The notes under the pieces are model-generated. The model saw only the letters and a program-made list of their open reading frames with translations. It was not told where the DNA came from and searched no databases. Shown in pieces: positions 18,820 through 28,795 of a stretch of 52,752 nucleotides of DNA. Made by a program: the position numbers and the translations under genes. The stretch comes from a virus (lineage: Duplodnaviria > Caudoviricetes): positions 1-52,752 of the IMG/VR virus record IMGVR_UViG_3300029985_000054; one strand, given 5' to 3'. The stretch's first letter is position 1. Every line of letters begins with the position of its first letter.

Positions 18820-20225
18820 TATTTACTCTCTTTCATTTTAGATATTTCAGACAAAAGAACTTTTATATCTGAACTATTAAATTCTCCACTTAGCTTCTCA
18901 GTAAAACTTGACAATACAGCCATTTGCTCATCTTTAAATTTACCTAAAGCGATATTCTGTTCATCTTTGTTTTTAGCTAATGCCGTGGTTAATTCTGCAA
19001 TCTGAGCCGACATTTTTTTAACTTCATCAGATTTCTTGCTATCTTCTTCAACTTCATATGCGCTTAAATTATACATGCCATCAGCACAATCTTCTGATAA
19101 TTTACTAGCTTTTTCATGATATTTTTTAGCCATCTCAACATCGCCTTTTTCATAAGACTCTGCCATTTTAGACATCAACTCTTTATGCTTTAAGGAATGC
19201 TCTTTACTATATTTTTCGGTTTTTTCTTTTTCTTCAGATAATTTCTTCTCTTCTTTTTCGTCTTCTTCTTTACCTAGTTTCTTTTTATCTTCTTTAGATA
19301 AACAAACAGATGCAAGAAAATCATGTACGTTGTATGGAGTATTTTGCTCACTCATAACTGTATCTTCCTTATTATTTTTAAGTTTATAATATTGAGGTTT
19401 AAATTTATCATGAGGCAAAATAGACTCCATAAGTCTTACAACTTCTATAGGATTATCTATTTTTTTAACCTCTATTTCATGTTCTACAAAATCAGCAGTA
19501 GCTCTATTAATTTTTCCATTTACACATAATGCAACTAGATATTTCTTTAAAGCTAACTTTTTCTCTAATTCTTGCTTTTGAAACAATAATTTATGCTCGG
19601 TTTGTTGTATTATATCATAATCATGTCTCATTTTGTCAAGTTTTTCTTTCATTTTGATAGAAAAATTATTATCCAAAGTGAGAGAATTTTGTGGCTTAGA
19701 CAGCATGGCTCTAGCTTCTACAGCAGCTCCCTTTACCACCCAAGATATTTCCACAAACTCATAAGTCTCTGGATTATATTGAACGGACACATTGCGTCTA
19801 CGCTTATCTTTTACTGGTAGTACATTCTCAGTGCCTTTTACCCTAACTTTCATAAACAAATGAGGAGTTTCGTTTATATCTTGCACTTCCATAAATCCAA
19901 TGATATTACCAACTGTCTTAAGAACAGTTCCATCATCATGGTCTAATTGATTAGGCGCATTGCGATTATCAAATGACTCTATGCCAACTTTTTCTATATC
20001 AGGGGTTAGAATCTTATCATTTTCAAATAATTGTTTTACATGTTCGTTATATGTATCACAAATGCTATGAATGGTTTTAGAATCTACAATAACCTCTGTT
20101 CCATTCATATCATAATAAGTACCAGGCCTTAACCCCATAACTCTTACATCTAATTCAGAATTATCAGAACTTGATTTACCTAATGAAGTTGAAAATCCAC
20201 AATTCATTAATTTTATATTAGACAT
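18819..20225 (-). CDS. Prohead protease-scaffold fusion (Mu gpI-like)
   Basis: PGTYYDMNG, PNQLDH, RNVSVQY and EISWVVKGA protease-like N-terminus; K/E-rich coiled-coil C-terminus. Confidence 0.8.
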   Translation of the reverse strand: MSNIKLMNCGFSTSLGKSSSDNSELDVRVMGLRPGTYYDMNGTEVIVDSKTIHSICDTYNEHVKQLFENDKILTPDIEKVGIESFDNRNAPNQLDHDDGTVLKTVGNIIGFMEVQDINETPHLFMKVRVKGTENVLPVKDKRRRNVSVQYNPETYEFVEISWVVKGAAVEARAMLSKPQNSLTLDNNFSIKMKEKLDKMRHDYDIIQQTEHKLLFQKQELEKKLALKKYLVALCVNGKINRATADFVEHEIEVKKIDNPIEVVRLMESILPHDKFKPQYYKLKNNKEDTVMSEQNTPYNVHDFLASVCLSKEDKKKLGKEEDEKEEKKLSEEKEKTEKYSKEHSLKHKELMSKMAESYEKGDVEMAKKYHEKASKLSEDCADGMYNLSAYEVEEDSKKSDEVKKMSAQIAELTTALAKNKDEQNIALGKFKDEQMAVLSSFTEKLSGEFNSSDIKVLLSEISKMKESK

Positions 20226-21897
20226 CAGCTATACTCCTTTTTGTATAATGGTCGCCAGATTCTTTGGCGTTATTCTTTTTACTATTATCATTTTTCTCAG
20301 TGAGTTCTTTTTCTTTATTTTGTTTAATCAATTCTTCTAATTCTTTACCCTCAATGGTTGATTCACCAAGAGTCTTGCGAACTTTATTAATATCTTCACC
20401 ATTAGTATTACTCATATATCCATCTAAAGTCATCCCTTGATATAATTTCTGATACTTAAGCTTATCATCAATATTTTGCAATTGTGATTCGAAATAGCCT
20501 AAATCATATTTTGTGCCAAAATTTTCATGAATTAAAAATTTTACTACTTGGTTAATCATTACGTGAGATACCATTTCAGTAGATATCCCAGCCATTAATT
20601 TAGTAAATATACTATTTTGTGCTGTAGCTCCTGCAAATGTAGTTGCTGTACTAAAAATACCTTCTGGAATTAAATGACCTTTTTCTAAACTAGCATCAAG
20701 AGCTTTCAAAGCTGTATCATAAACAGTAAAATTCCCTTTATTATCTACTACATCAATATCATATATTTCACCTTTACGTCCAGGTAATATAATAGCAGAA
20801 TCTTCACTATAGCTCGCCATTACATCATACGCAGCCTCTACAGCATTTAAATCCCCTTGTCCTAGGTTATATATAGCTTTCTGAGCATCGGCGTATACAA
20901 CCACCATAGGATTAGCACATCTACCCATAGCTGATTGTTGGAGTCGAATACATATTGTTTTTCTTAACCAAATATAATAGAGTGCCTGCTCTATAGATTC
21001 TCCGTATGGGCTTATCTTGCCATTTAAAGATCCATATGCAAAATGTAATGTTTTTTCTCTCTCTAATTGAATCAAGCCAAAAGTATTTATGAAATTGGTT
21101 CTAAATGGATAATCCATATTGCCTAATGATGATGCGTTATCTAATCCAAACCCTACTCCACCATTCCAACTATCAACTCCACCTGCTAATCCTCCAAATC
21201 CAAAACCTGTACTCAATGCATTTTGAGTGCCTGTATAAGGGTAGTTGTATACATATTGCCATATGTTTTCTATATCACCTTGTAAGGTCGCTGTAAATTG
21301 TATAGAAACTTGAGGTAGATGACGGATATTGTCAATAACTGTATAACCGTTTTTATCTCGTGAATCTTCTATAACTCCAACCCAGAAACCAGCCCAGATA
21401 GAGGTACAGATTTTTCTAATTAACTCATCTTTACCGCCATTCATGTGTTTAAATGCGTAACGAACAAAATCTTGTACTTTCCTATCTGCATTATAGTATT
21501 CGCCGACTCTATTAACAATATCTGATACCATCAAAGTTAATCCACGTTGGATAGTGTCATCTGTTTGCGACATCTTTTGAAAAGTAGATATATTAATAGG
21601 GCATGGGTTAACTAAGAAATTCCCAGCAATTGTAGATATAAAAGGTATAGTTGTTCCCTTTTTAGCCTTTACTAAGTCTCCAATCCCTATAAAATTAGCG
21701 AATACTTCTCTGTTCGTATCATCAAGTAATTTCTCACCACTAGTAACTAAGTTTTTTAACTGTTCTTTAAATGATATACCTTTATGTGCAGGTATAACTA
21801 TTCTTCCCCCTTTTTCAACCCTAGGTACATTATTACTAGTAACCTGTACGGATGGATTTTTGTCTATACGGGGAGTTTGTTTTTTTCTTTTGCTCAT
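20218..21897 (-). CDS. Portal protein (DUF935/Mu gp29-like)
   Basis: Follows TerL; SIWAGFWVGVIE and SPYGESIEQALYYIW motifs. Confidence 0.85.
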   Translation of the reverse strand: MSKRKKQTPRIDKNPSVQVTSNNVPRVEKGGRIVIPAHKGISFKEQLKNLVTSGEKLLDDTNREVFANFIGIGDLVKAKKGTTIPFISTIAGNFLVNPCPINISTFQKMSQTDDTIQRGLTLMVSDIVNRVGEYYNADRKVQDFVRYAFKHMNGGKDELIRKICTSIWAGFWVGVIEDSRDKNGYTVIDNIRHLPQVSIQFTATLQGDIENIWQYVYNYPYTGTQNALSTGFGFGGLAGGVDSWNGGVGFGLDNASSLGNMDYPFRTNFINTFGLIQLEREKTLHFAYGSLNGKISPYGESIEQALYYIWLRKTICIRLQQSAMGRCANPMVVVYADAQKAIYNLGQGDLNAVEAAYDVMASYSEDSAIILPGRKGEIYDIDVVDNKGNFTVYDTALKALDASLEKGHLIPEGIFSTATTFAGATAQNSIFTKLMAGISTEMVSHVMINQVVKFLIHENFGTKYDLGYFESQLQNIDDKLKYQKLYQGMTLDGYMSNTNGEDINKVRKTLGESTIEGKELEELIKQNKEKELTEKNDNSKKNNAKESGDHYTKRSIADV

Positions 21898-23512
21898 TAT
21901 TTCCTACCAAAAAAGGTCTACTAATTTTAGTTAATCCTTTACCTAAACTGAATGGATTCTTCACATTATAATCTGTTTTTTCTAATTTTATTGGTTCTAG
22001 TAGATAATTAAACTCAATAAATGCCTGTGAACATGCATCAACAATATTATCTTTTAAACCATCTTGACCTGTAAATGTCATAAATTCATTTACTACTCTT
22101 TGTATGTCTGGGCATATTAATTTTCCATCTCTGTCTTTAGCTTGGGGAGTAGGTAAATAAAATTGACCAGCTCTACAATATGGAATCATTGTTTGCGCTC
22201 TATATATTTTACTTTGTATAGGGATATAGTCTATTATTTTACTAATCCCATTGCGCTGCATAATAGTTTTAATATCCTCCCCCTGTGCTTTATTCTCTAT
22301 AACTACAGAGTAATAATTAGGATATTTATGTATAAATGCCATTATTCGATTAATATTATCAATAATATCCACTTTATTAACGGATGAAAAGTCTAACAAA
22401 TATACTTTATTACTTTTAAATCCTAATACAACAATAGCACTTTCATCCCCTTTTTTACTTTCTTTTTTATAATTAGGGTCAACACTAATTATAACACGCA
22501 TATTATTTGGGTCTTCCCAAGTATCATACCATCTAAAGCAAGTTGCGTCAAATACAACTCCACTACTACTAGGAGGCATATTTTGATAAGTTGTTTGCCA
22601 TCCTATAGGGTCAATTACTTTACCCTCTAAGTATACATCTAGTCTCTCCTCTGGCCAGAGGTATTCACCAATCTTTCTATGATCGTATGGATAATCTCTT
22701 TCATCTTTTTCTGCATTAAATACTATTACTTCCCAATCAGGAGCATTTGGATCTTTAATCTCTATATATTTCTTTAATCTACCAATAATATCATCTTCAT
22801 GCCATTGTGTAGACATAATTAGAATAATTGTGTCTTTTTGTTGACGTTTTAGGATATTCTCAGTAAATATCTTCCAACGCTTCTCTCTAATAATTGGGCT
22901 ATTATATTCTGCTGGTCCACTAAAGAAATCATCTAATATAATTAAATTGGCATCATAACCAGATGTGGAACCCTCAATACCTACCCCTTTAAATTCTCCA
23001 CGTTTACTATTAACGTTAGTAAAATTGCTAATAGAGAGTTTATTGCTGCGTTTAGTAGCGGTTCTAACTTCTTCTTTAATATTATCTTTTAATACCACAT
23101 TAGGGAATAGCTTATTATAATTATCATCGGCTATGAGGCTCAATATATCTGCGGATACTTCTTTCGCTCTATCATCACTAAAAGTGACATACATTATTTT
23201 CCACTCAGGACATTTGCCAAAAATGTATGGAACCATTAATCTACCCATTAGCTCACTCTTGGAGTGCTGCTGCGGCATTTGGCACATGATACGACCATTC
23301 TTTTTATTTACCGCTGAATTTATTTGTTGAATTATATAATCTTGAAACCACGCCCATTTATAAGTTGGTCTCATTGCTCTACAAAATGAAGCATAGTCTT
23401 GAGTTTTAAGTTGACGAGTAATCTTGTTAAAATCTTGAATATCTAAAGGGGATAGTTTTTGTCCACTATCCTTTTTAGTTAATATTTGATTTAAACGAGA
23501 ATGATTAATCAT
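21836..23512 (-). CDS. terL: Terminase large subunit
   Basis: MPQQHSKS (Walker A variant), LIILDD, STQWHEDD, LWPE, YQNMP, ISVDP, VIENKAQG and DNIVDACSQA motifs. Confidence 0.95.
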   Translation of the reverse strand: MINHSRLNQILTKKDSGQKLSPLDIQDFNKITRQLKTQDYASFCRAMRPTYKWAWFQDYIIQQINSAVNKKNGRIMCQMPQQHSKSELMGRLMVPYIFGKCPEWKIMYVTFSDDRAKEVSADILSLIADDNYNKLFPNVVLKDNIKEEVRTATKRSNKLSISNFTNVNSKRGEFKGVGIEGSTSGYDANLIILDDFFSGPAEYNSPIIREKRWKIFTENILKRQQKDTIILIMSTQWHEDDIIGRLKKYIEIKDPNAPDWEVIVFNAEKDERDYPYDHRKIGEYLWPEERLDVYLEGKVIDPIGWQTTYQNMPPSSSGVVFDATCFRWYDTWEDPNNMRVIISVDPNYKKESKKGDESAIVVLGFKSNKVYLLDFSSVNKVDIIDNINRIMAFIHKYPNYYSVVIENKAQGEDIKTIMQRNGISKIIDYIPIQSKIYRAQTMIPYCRAGQFYLPTPQAKDRDGKLICPDIQRVVNEFMTFTGQDGLKDNIVDACSQAFIEFNYLLEPIKLEKTDYNVKNPFSLGKGLTKISRPFLVGNNEQKKKTNSPYRQKSIRTGY

Positions 23513-23985
23513 GTTGATGGAGAAGTTGACATATGCAATGTACTACCAACTAAAGTAATAGTAGATGGATTACTAAGTACATAAGTTCCAGCACTCCCGC
23601 TAACAACTGTGGTTCCTAATGGGATTCCATAACCTGAGATAAATTCACCGGCAGTTAATGTAATACTCGCATTAGTTATTGTTGCACTTCCTAAAACCAG
23701 ATCAGCTGTAAAGTTATATATTATCTGATTTAATACAATCCAATCATTGGCTGTATAAAGGTCATTCATGGTAAAGCTTAAATCTTGGGTATTACCAATG
23801 GTAACTTGACCTGTAACTGTATTAAAGTAGAATATTGGCACATATAGTTGAGGGTTTACATCAGCCACATAAGGGGTGTAGTATTCTTGTCGAGTAAGTT
23901 GAGCATTAATTCCACTTTGTAACAAAATTGTTGCTGGGGTAGATAATAATAATTCATTAAGTGCCGTTTCTAATATTAGTGACAT
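23509..23985 (-). CDS. Putative virion accessory protein
   Basis: C-terminal GEFISGYGIPLGTTV...YVLSNPST beta motif, typical of virion proteins. Confidence 0.45.
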   Translation of the reverse strand: MSLILETALNELLLSTPATILLQSGINAQLTRQEYYTPYVADVNPQLYVPIFYFNTVTGQVTIGNTQDLSFTMNDLYTANDWIVLNQIIYNFTADLVLGSATITNASITLTAGEFISGYGIPLGTTVVSGSAGTYVLSNPSTITLVGSTLHMSTSPST

Positions 23986-24320
23986 GGTAATCCTTTCATA
24001 TGAGGTAATTTACCTGTAAATAAATATTTAAGACGAGTTAAAAATGAATATTCAAAATAACCTAATTTCATTTCTAATCCTTTGGCAAATTTTATAAAAT
24101 ATTTGACATCCCCATTTATATCTAATAACCAGTGATAATTCTTATAATCAACATTAAATACCCCAATATCATAAGTCATAAAGTCAGGATCAATTTGATA
24201 TTGGATTAAACTTTCATCATTATTGGATAAAGTTTTAACAAATTTATTATCTTTAAATACTGCATATGTCATTTTTTGTCTTTCATCATACTTTTGAATA
24301 TAGACATAACTTCTGCCCAA
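23976..24320 (-). CDS. Hypothetical protein
   Basis: ORF in the late operon; start uncertain. Confidence 0.45.
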   Translation of the reverse strand: MGRSYVYIQKYDERQKMTYAVFKDNKFVKTLSNNDESLIQYQIDPDFMTYDIGVFNVDYKNYHWLLDINGDVKYFIKFAKGLEMKLGYFEYSFLTRLKYLFTGKLPHMKGLPCH

Positions 24321-24447
24321 TACTCACTATTTTTTTCTTTTCCATACTCTTTATCAGCTTGGGATTTTGCTTTTTCCCACATTGACTCGGTATGTTCTTT
24401 TGAAACTCCGTGTTTTTCAGCTTCTTTTTTAATAACTGGAACTGGCA

Positions 24448-24915
24448 TTATAGATTTTCCTTATATTTATTCATGAAATCCCGTGCAGAATCTTCATCAT
24501 CTGCATCCATACTTAGATCTGATGAATCTTTAGCCATTTTATTGGTACGAGCTTTATCTTTAATATCACCAGATTCTTTACCTGTTCTGAACTGAAAATC
24601 TATCATTTTAAGCATAATTTGGGTAATTGTTTTAATATCTCCATGTGCAGCTGCACCCTCTAACACTTTTTTTACTCCTTGATTAAGTACATCAATAGTA
24701 ATATTAGGGATTAGAGCTACAGCTTTCTTGAAGTCTGGATATTCTTTAATCCAAATTTCTTTCATGGATTCATCGATATTATATTTACCCCAGAATCCAT
24801 CGGGATTAATAAATTCACGAGCATATTCTATATACAAATCACAAAATATAGGCTCATAATCAGTTTTAATCTTACTACTTTGTTTAGACTTAGAATATGC
24901 TTGTATATTACTCAT
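24448..24915 (-). CDS. terS: Terminase small subunit (probable)
   Basis: YEPIFC...WIKEYPDFKKA HTH-like pattern typical of TerS; lies upstream of terL. Confidence 0.65.
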   Translation of the reverse strand: MSNIQAYSKSKQSSKIKTDYEPIFCDLYIEYAREFINPDGFWGKYNIDESMKEIWIKEYPDFKKAVALIPNITIDVLNQGVKKVLEGAAAHGDIKTITQIMLKMIDFQFRTGKESGDIKDKARTNKMAKDSSDLSMDADDEDSARDFMNKYKENL

Positions 24916-24917
24916 TT

Positions 24918-25877
24918 TTAACCATTTATTAGTATAGCAATATTAGTTGATAACAAAGTACCAGTTACAGCAGAGCTATTGATAGAAATTGTAGGGGTTC
25001 CTCCAGTAGTCGTCACAGTTGCTATTAAAGTAATCGGGTAATTAGTTGTGTTTGGCGATATACTCATCGCTACTGTACCAGACACTACAGCATTTGTTGA
25101 CCCTGTAATTGTAAAAGTAGCCATAGACCCAGCGTCGCTACTTACTAAGAGGTTAGCCATTACTGTAAGGGTTTTGTTAACTGGTAATGTAATAATCCCA
25201 GTACTAGTAACTACACTAATATTACTAGAAGTGCTAGGAACTGCTCCAGTAAAGATTAATGGTGAATTTACTGGAATTGATATAATACTTGCTGTTGCGA
25301 TAGTTGCATAAGTTTTATAAGTTAAATATCCCATTGCTTGTAAAATAGTAGATGCAGCAATTGGAGTTCCTGATGCAACAGTTAACCCTGTTAGTGGAGT
25401 AGCTAAAGTGCTTGCCGCCATATTAGTTTGACTATAAACCAAATTATTAAAGGCTCCTAAGATTGTACTAGCTGATGTCGGTGTACCTGACGCTGGAACT
25501 AGTCCAGTTAATGTAGTTGCTAGGGTGCTTGCTGGTAAATTGGTTTGGCTATATACTAAGTTGTTGAAAGCTCCTAGAATAGTACTAGTTGCAGTAGGAG
25601 TTCCTGATGCAGGTACTAATCCTGTTAATGGCGTTGCTAAAACAGCTGCTCCAGATTCAGTGGTTGCAACGATAGTCCAAGCTGTATCACTTGATGGAAC
25701 CATCCCTAATGTTGGGTTTGCAGAATTATTACCTACATATAAAGCACCTAAATAGGTAACTGATGGAGTAAGTCCAGTTTCAACAACTGGAGTTAATATA
25801 ATATCGCCTAGATCTAGATAAGAGTAGTTTGTAGTATTGCTCCATGTACCTAGAAAGTTAACCATTAAATTTTGCAT
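24918..25877 (-). CDS. Fibre-like virion protein with 39-aa repeats
   Basis: N-terminal FLGTWSNTTNY motif; three LATPLTGL...TILGAF repeats; beta-rich C-terminus. Confidence 0.6.
   Translation of the reverse strand: MQNLMVNFLGTWSNTTNYSYLDLGDIILTPVVETGLTPSVTYLGALYVGNNSANPTLGMVPSSDTAWTIVATTESGAAVLATPLTGLVPASGTPTATSTILGAFNNLVYSQTNLPASTLATTLTGLVPASGTPTSASTILGAFNNLVYSQTNMAASTLATPLTGLTVASGTPIAASTILQAMGYLTYKTYATIATASIISIPVNSPLIFTGAVPSTSSNISVVTSTGIITLPVNKTLTVMANLLVSSDAGSMATFTITGSTNAVVSGTVAMSISPNTTNYPITLIATVTTTGGTPTISINSSAVTGTLLSTNIAILING
25320..25640 (-). repeat. About 3 x 117-bp in-frame tandem repeat
   Basis: Units start at 25640, 25523 and 25406. Confidence 0.85.
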
Positions 25878-25889
25878 ATTAGTTTCCTT

Positions 25890-27215
25890 TTATATTTTAG
25901 TTTTAATGAGTCCATTTGACTGCATTAATTGTTGGTAATCTATTGAGGCTTGCTTCATAAATTCTGGGAACTCTTTTTTAAGTAATCTATTATGAGTTTG
26001 GGTATCCATATCCCATGTTTTGCGAGATTGTTCAATAAGTGATTCATCCATTTTTAAATGTATCATTCTAGTAGCCTCGTGAGCTATTTTATCACTATAA
26101 TTGGGTGCTATGTTACTATTTATCATAATTTTTACTAATAATTTTTTATTTTCTGGGTCATGATAGAGTTTTTTTATCTGAGTATAGTCATTACCTGTCA
26201 GCACCATTATTTCTTTTCTGGTCATCAAATTAGGATCTAATTGATTAGATAGGACAGCGAATCTACAGCGATCAAAATTAACTAAGTTTATTTTTTCAAA
26301 CGGTTGTACTTCTATGCTATTAAATAATAATTGGTTATATTCAGCCAATATTTCACCTATTACCGAGGCTATTGTAGATTTACCTGTATGTCCTTCTCCT
26401 TCAACCCACAACATCTGTCTGCCTTTATCTTTAGCGACAAATATGCTATAAATCCAAGCTCTAAATATTTTACGTTCTAACTCAGTTTTAAATAAGGATA
26501 GGAATTTATCCCATGACGGGGCATAATAAGCATTATCTGGTGATTGATGAGAGGGCAATTTAAAATATGCTAGACAATAAGTTTCTTTATCATTAGCTAT
26601 TTGCTCAACTTTATTATTAGATATTAGGTTACCTTTGTTAAGTTCTATTTTAATGTTGCGCATTATTTTATTATCTGGGAGGTTTACAATGCTTTTAAGG
26701 TTAGAGAAATACCTAAGATAGGATACTATGGAATTTTCAAATAGGACTTTATTATTAGATGACGCTATAAACTTAACTTGTTTAGACTGTTTAACATTAT
26801 CTATTCCGTAGCAATCTAAGAAGATACCATTTCTAATAAATATTAGGTTAAACTCTTTATCATCATGTACGGATGGTTGGTTAGTTACTTTATTAGATGT
26901 CAAGTCAAATCTTCTTTTTTCACACCATGCACTAAAATTATCGGTATTATTATATCTTTCTATGATATATGCTTCAAACTTACGTTTTTTAGGCATATTC
27001 CAAGTAGGGTCATTATAAATTGAGGTAAAAGCATCCAGAGTCATCATTTTTTTAATCTTACCATCGTACTGTATTCTTGTAGAGTTGCCCACTCTTTGGA
27101 TAACTATGGTATTAATTAATCTATCGAAATAAGACCTATCTCCGTCACTTAATGTTTCTAGTTGTAGTGATGCTTTTTCGTTATCGTATATTATATCGGC
27201 ATTAAACATTTTCAT
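25890..27215 (-). CDS. SF3/D5-like helicase-type P-loop NTPase
   Basis: QMLWVEGEGHTGKST Walker A; KIMINSN motif C; Walker B degenerate. Confidence 0.7.
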   Translation of the reverse strand: MKMFNADIIYDNEKASLQLETLSDGDRSYFDRLINTIVIQRVGNSTRIQYDGKIKKMMTLDAFTSIYNDPTWNMPKKRKFEAYIIERYNNTDNFSAWCEKRRFDLTSNKVTNQPSVHDDKEFNLIFIRNGIFLDCYGIDNVKQSKQVKFIASSNNKVLFENSIVSYLRYFSNLKSIVNLPDNKIMRNIKIELNKGNLISNNKVEQIANDKETYCLAYFKLPSHQSPDNAYYAPSWDKFLSLFKTELERKIFRAWIYSIFVAKDKGRQMLWVEGEGHTGKSTIASVIGEILAEYNQLLFNSIEVQPFEKINLVNFDRCRFAVLSNQLDPNLMTRKEIMVLTGNDYTQIKKLYHDPENKKLLVKIMINSNIAPNYSDKIAHEATRMIHLKMDESLIEQSRKTWDMDTQTHNRLLKKEFPEFMKQASIDYQQLMQSNGLIKTKI

Positions 27216-27570
27216 ACTTTGCTATTATACGTTTATTTTTTATTTTCTGAACTGGCTTCCCTCTATATTTGTCTGGCACTTCCTCCATATTAATAAACAT
27301 TTCGGCGGTACTAATCCCTGTAGTAGCATCATATATTTCATAATGACCTTTGGTGTATTCCACATAGTAACCAAATGATTGCCAATAAAATATAACTTTA
27401 AACAATTTTCCTTTAAACTTATGCATATGACTAATTAATAGAGTATTAGATAATCCAAGCGGATTAATTTCAGGTAACCCAAATGAAACTTTATTACTAC
27501 GTCTATCGATAAAGTTAAATTCTTCTTTAGAAGGGTTATAGTCTTGGTATTTAACTAATGTAAAATTCAT
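27202..27570 (-). CDS. Hypothetical protein
   Basis: Translationally coupled ORF. Confidence 0.5.
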   Translation of the reverse strand: MNFTLVKYQDYNPSKEEFNFIDRRSNKVSFGLPEINPLGLSNTLLISHMHKFKGKLFKVIFYWQSFGYYVEYTKGHYEIYDATTGISTAEMFINMEEVPDKYRGKPVQKIKNKRIIAKYENV

Positions 27571-27884
27571 TATTCAAAGGTCTTTGCTGACTGTTTAATT
27601 AATTTAACTAACGCATCTAACTTTCCCATTTGTTCTAACTGACAAAGTAATTCAAAATCAGATTTACTTAGGCTTTCCACAAATGGTACTACTGTATTAT
27701 AATACTGAGCCAGATTAGGAATAGGCAGTATATCATAAAGGTAATCTATCATATTTCTATAGAACTTATAATCAGAGCTATAGTATGCATGTCTAACTTT
27801 TTCAGTTTGGAATCCGAAGTTATCGTATACAACTTTAATTTTACCGAATAGTTTTTTAGGTTTTTGCGATATTATTGCTGCCAT
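27570..27884 (-). CDS. Hypothetical protein
   Basis: Translationally coupled ORF. Confidence 0.5.
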   Translation of the reverse strand: MAAIISQKPKKLFGKIKVVYDNFGFQTEKVRHAYYSSDYKFYRNMIDYLYDILPIPNLAQYYNTVVPFVESLSKSDFELLCQLEQMGKLDALVKLIKQSAKTFE

Positions 27885-28036
27885 TATAGTTTCACTGTTT
27901 CCTCTTTAACTTTGATTTTACCAGTTCCATTACATTTATAGCATGTAGCTGGAGTTAATCGTTTCTTAACAACCTCTCTTATCTCCCCTACCCCATCACA
28001 TCTGGGGCAAGTGATTTGTTTAAAGTTAGTTTTCAT
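27884..28036 (-). CDS. Small DnaJ-type zinc-finger protein (50 aa; not in ORF track)
   Basis: MKTNFKQITCPRCDGVG...TCYKCNGTG: two CxxCxGxG motifs; start and stop overlap the neighbours. Confidence 0.75.
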   Translation of the reverse strand: MKTNFKQITCPRCDGVGEIREVVKKRLTPATCYKCNGTGKIKVKEETVKL

Positions 28037-28452
28037 TAATTAACTTCTGTTACTGTTGCAAGTCTAAGGTTAGACTCATGGAACGTTCTACATAGTCGAC
28101 CAGAATGACCAATGATTGATTTATTAACTGGGTAACTCATGCCATGAATAGCGTAGGTAAAGTTTTCTAATACTTTATACACTTTGCCATACATCATGTA
28201 GTTAACACATTCTGGTAATCCGTGAACTTCAACCATGTCACCCTCTTTGTATTTAGAGTATAGTGGTGTAGTTTCTGGGAATTTAGATGCATCCATCATT
28301 TTAGGAATATCAAGTTCATCATTCTGTTTCTTTTTAGGGAATGTAACATTCGTAATCTCACCATTAGAATCAGTTTCAACATCAACTTGAACGTATACAT
28401 CAATCTGTTGTTTATCTTCTGCGAGTTCCATTATCTTTTTTGGTTTAGACAT
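28036..28452 (-). CDS. Hypothetical protein (SH3/KOW-like C-terminus)
   Basis: KYKEGDMVEV...GKVYKV...FHESNL pattern. Confidence 0.5.
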   Translation of the reverse strand: MSKPKKIMELAEDKQQIDVYVQVDVETDSNGEITNVTFPKKKQNDELDIPKMMDASKFPETTPLYSKYKEGDMVEVHGLPECVNYMMYGKVYKVLENFTYAIHGMSYPVNKSIIGHSGRLCRTFHESNLRLATVTEVN

Positions 28453-28795
28453 GATTTATATCTCCATTAATTGTTCTACATTTACCATTTATTTGCATAG
28501 CATTGACATTTCCATTAGTTATGGTTACATCACCTCCTATCCCATTTACATGAATCTTATCTACATTAACGCATTCCACATTACGAACAACATCACCTTG
28601 TACTTGTATGGTATCACAACAATCCACTTCTATATTATTGCAATTTCCAGTAACAACTATGGATATATTCTTTTCAACAATATCATTAGTATTATAGGAT
28701 TTACCATTAATTGTGATATTATTCCCCTTGATGGTTATTGAGGAAATACTACTTCCCACTGATGCAGAATTATGCTTGATATTAAATATGTCCAT
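28445..28795 (-). CDS. Small beta-solenoid protein
   Basis: Repeating I-x-I-x-G-N/D units. Confidence 0.55.
   Translation of the reverse strand: MDIFNIKHNSASVGSSISSITIKGNNITINGKSYNTNDIVEKNISIVVTGNCNNIEVDCCDTIQVQGDVVRNVECVNVDKIHVNGIGGDVTITNGNVNAMQINGKCRTINGDINHV

Noticed and set aside
3780-21897. Transposable Mu-like phage
   Set aside because: The structural genes are Mu-like, but there is no MuA/MuB, no host-DNA ends, and replication is of the initiator/DnaC type.
10-25755. Plus-strand ORFs antisense to structural genes (e.g. 10-336, 10368-10643, 13480-13818, 25048-25311)
   Set aside because: Shadow ORFs of the minus-strand genes, with no RBS or recognisable motifs.
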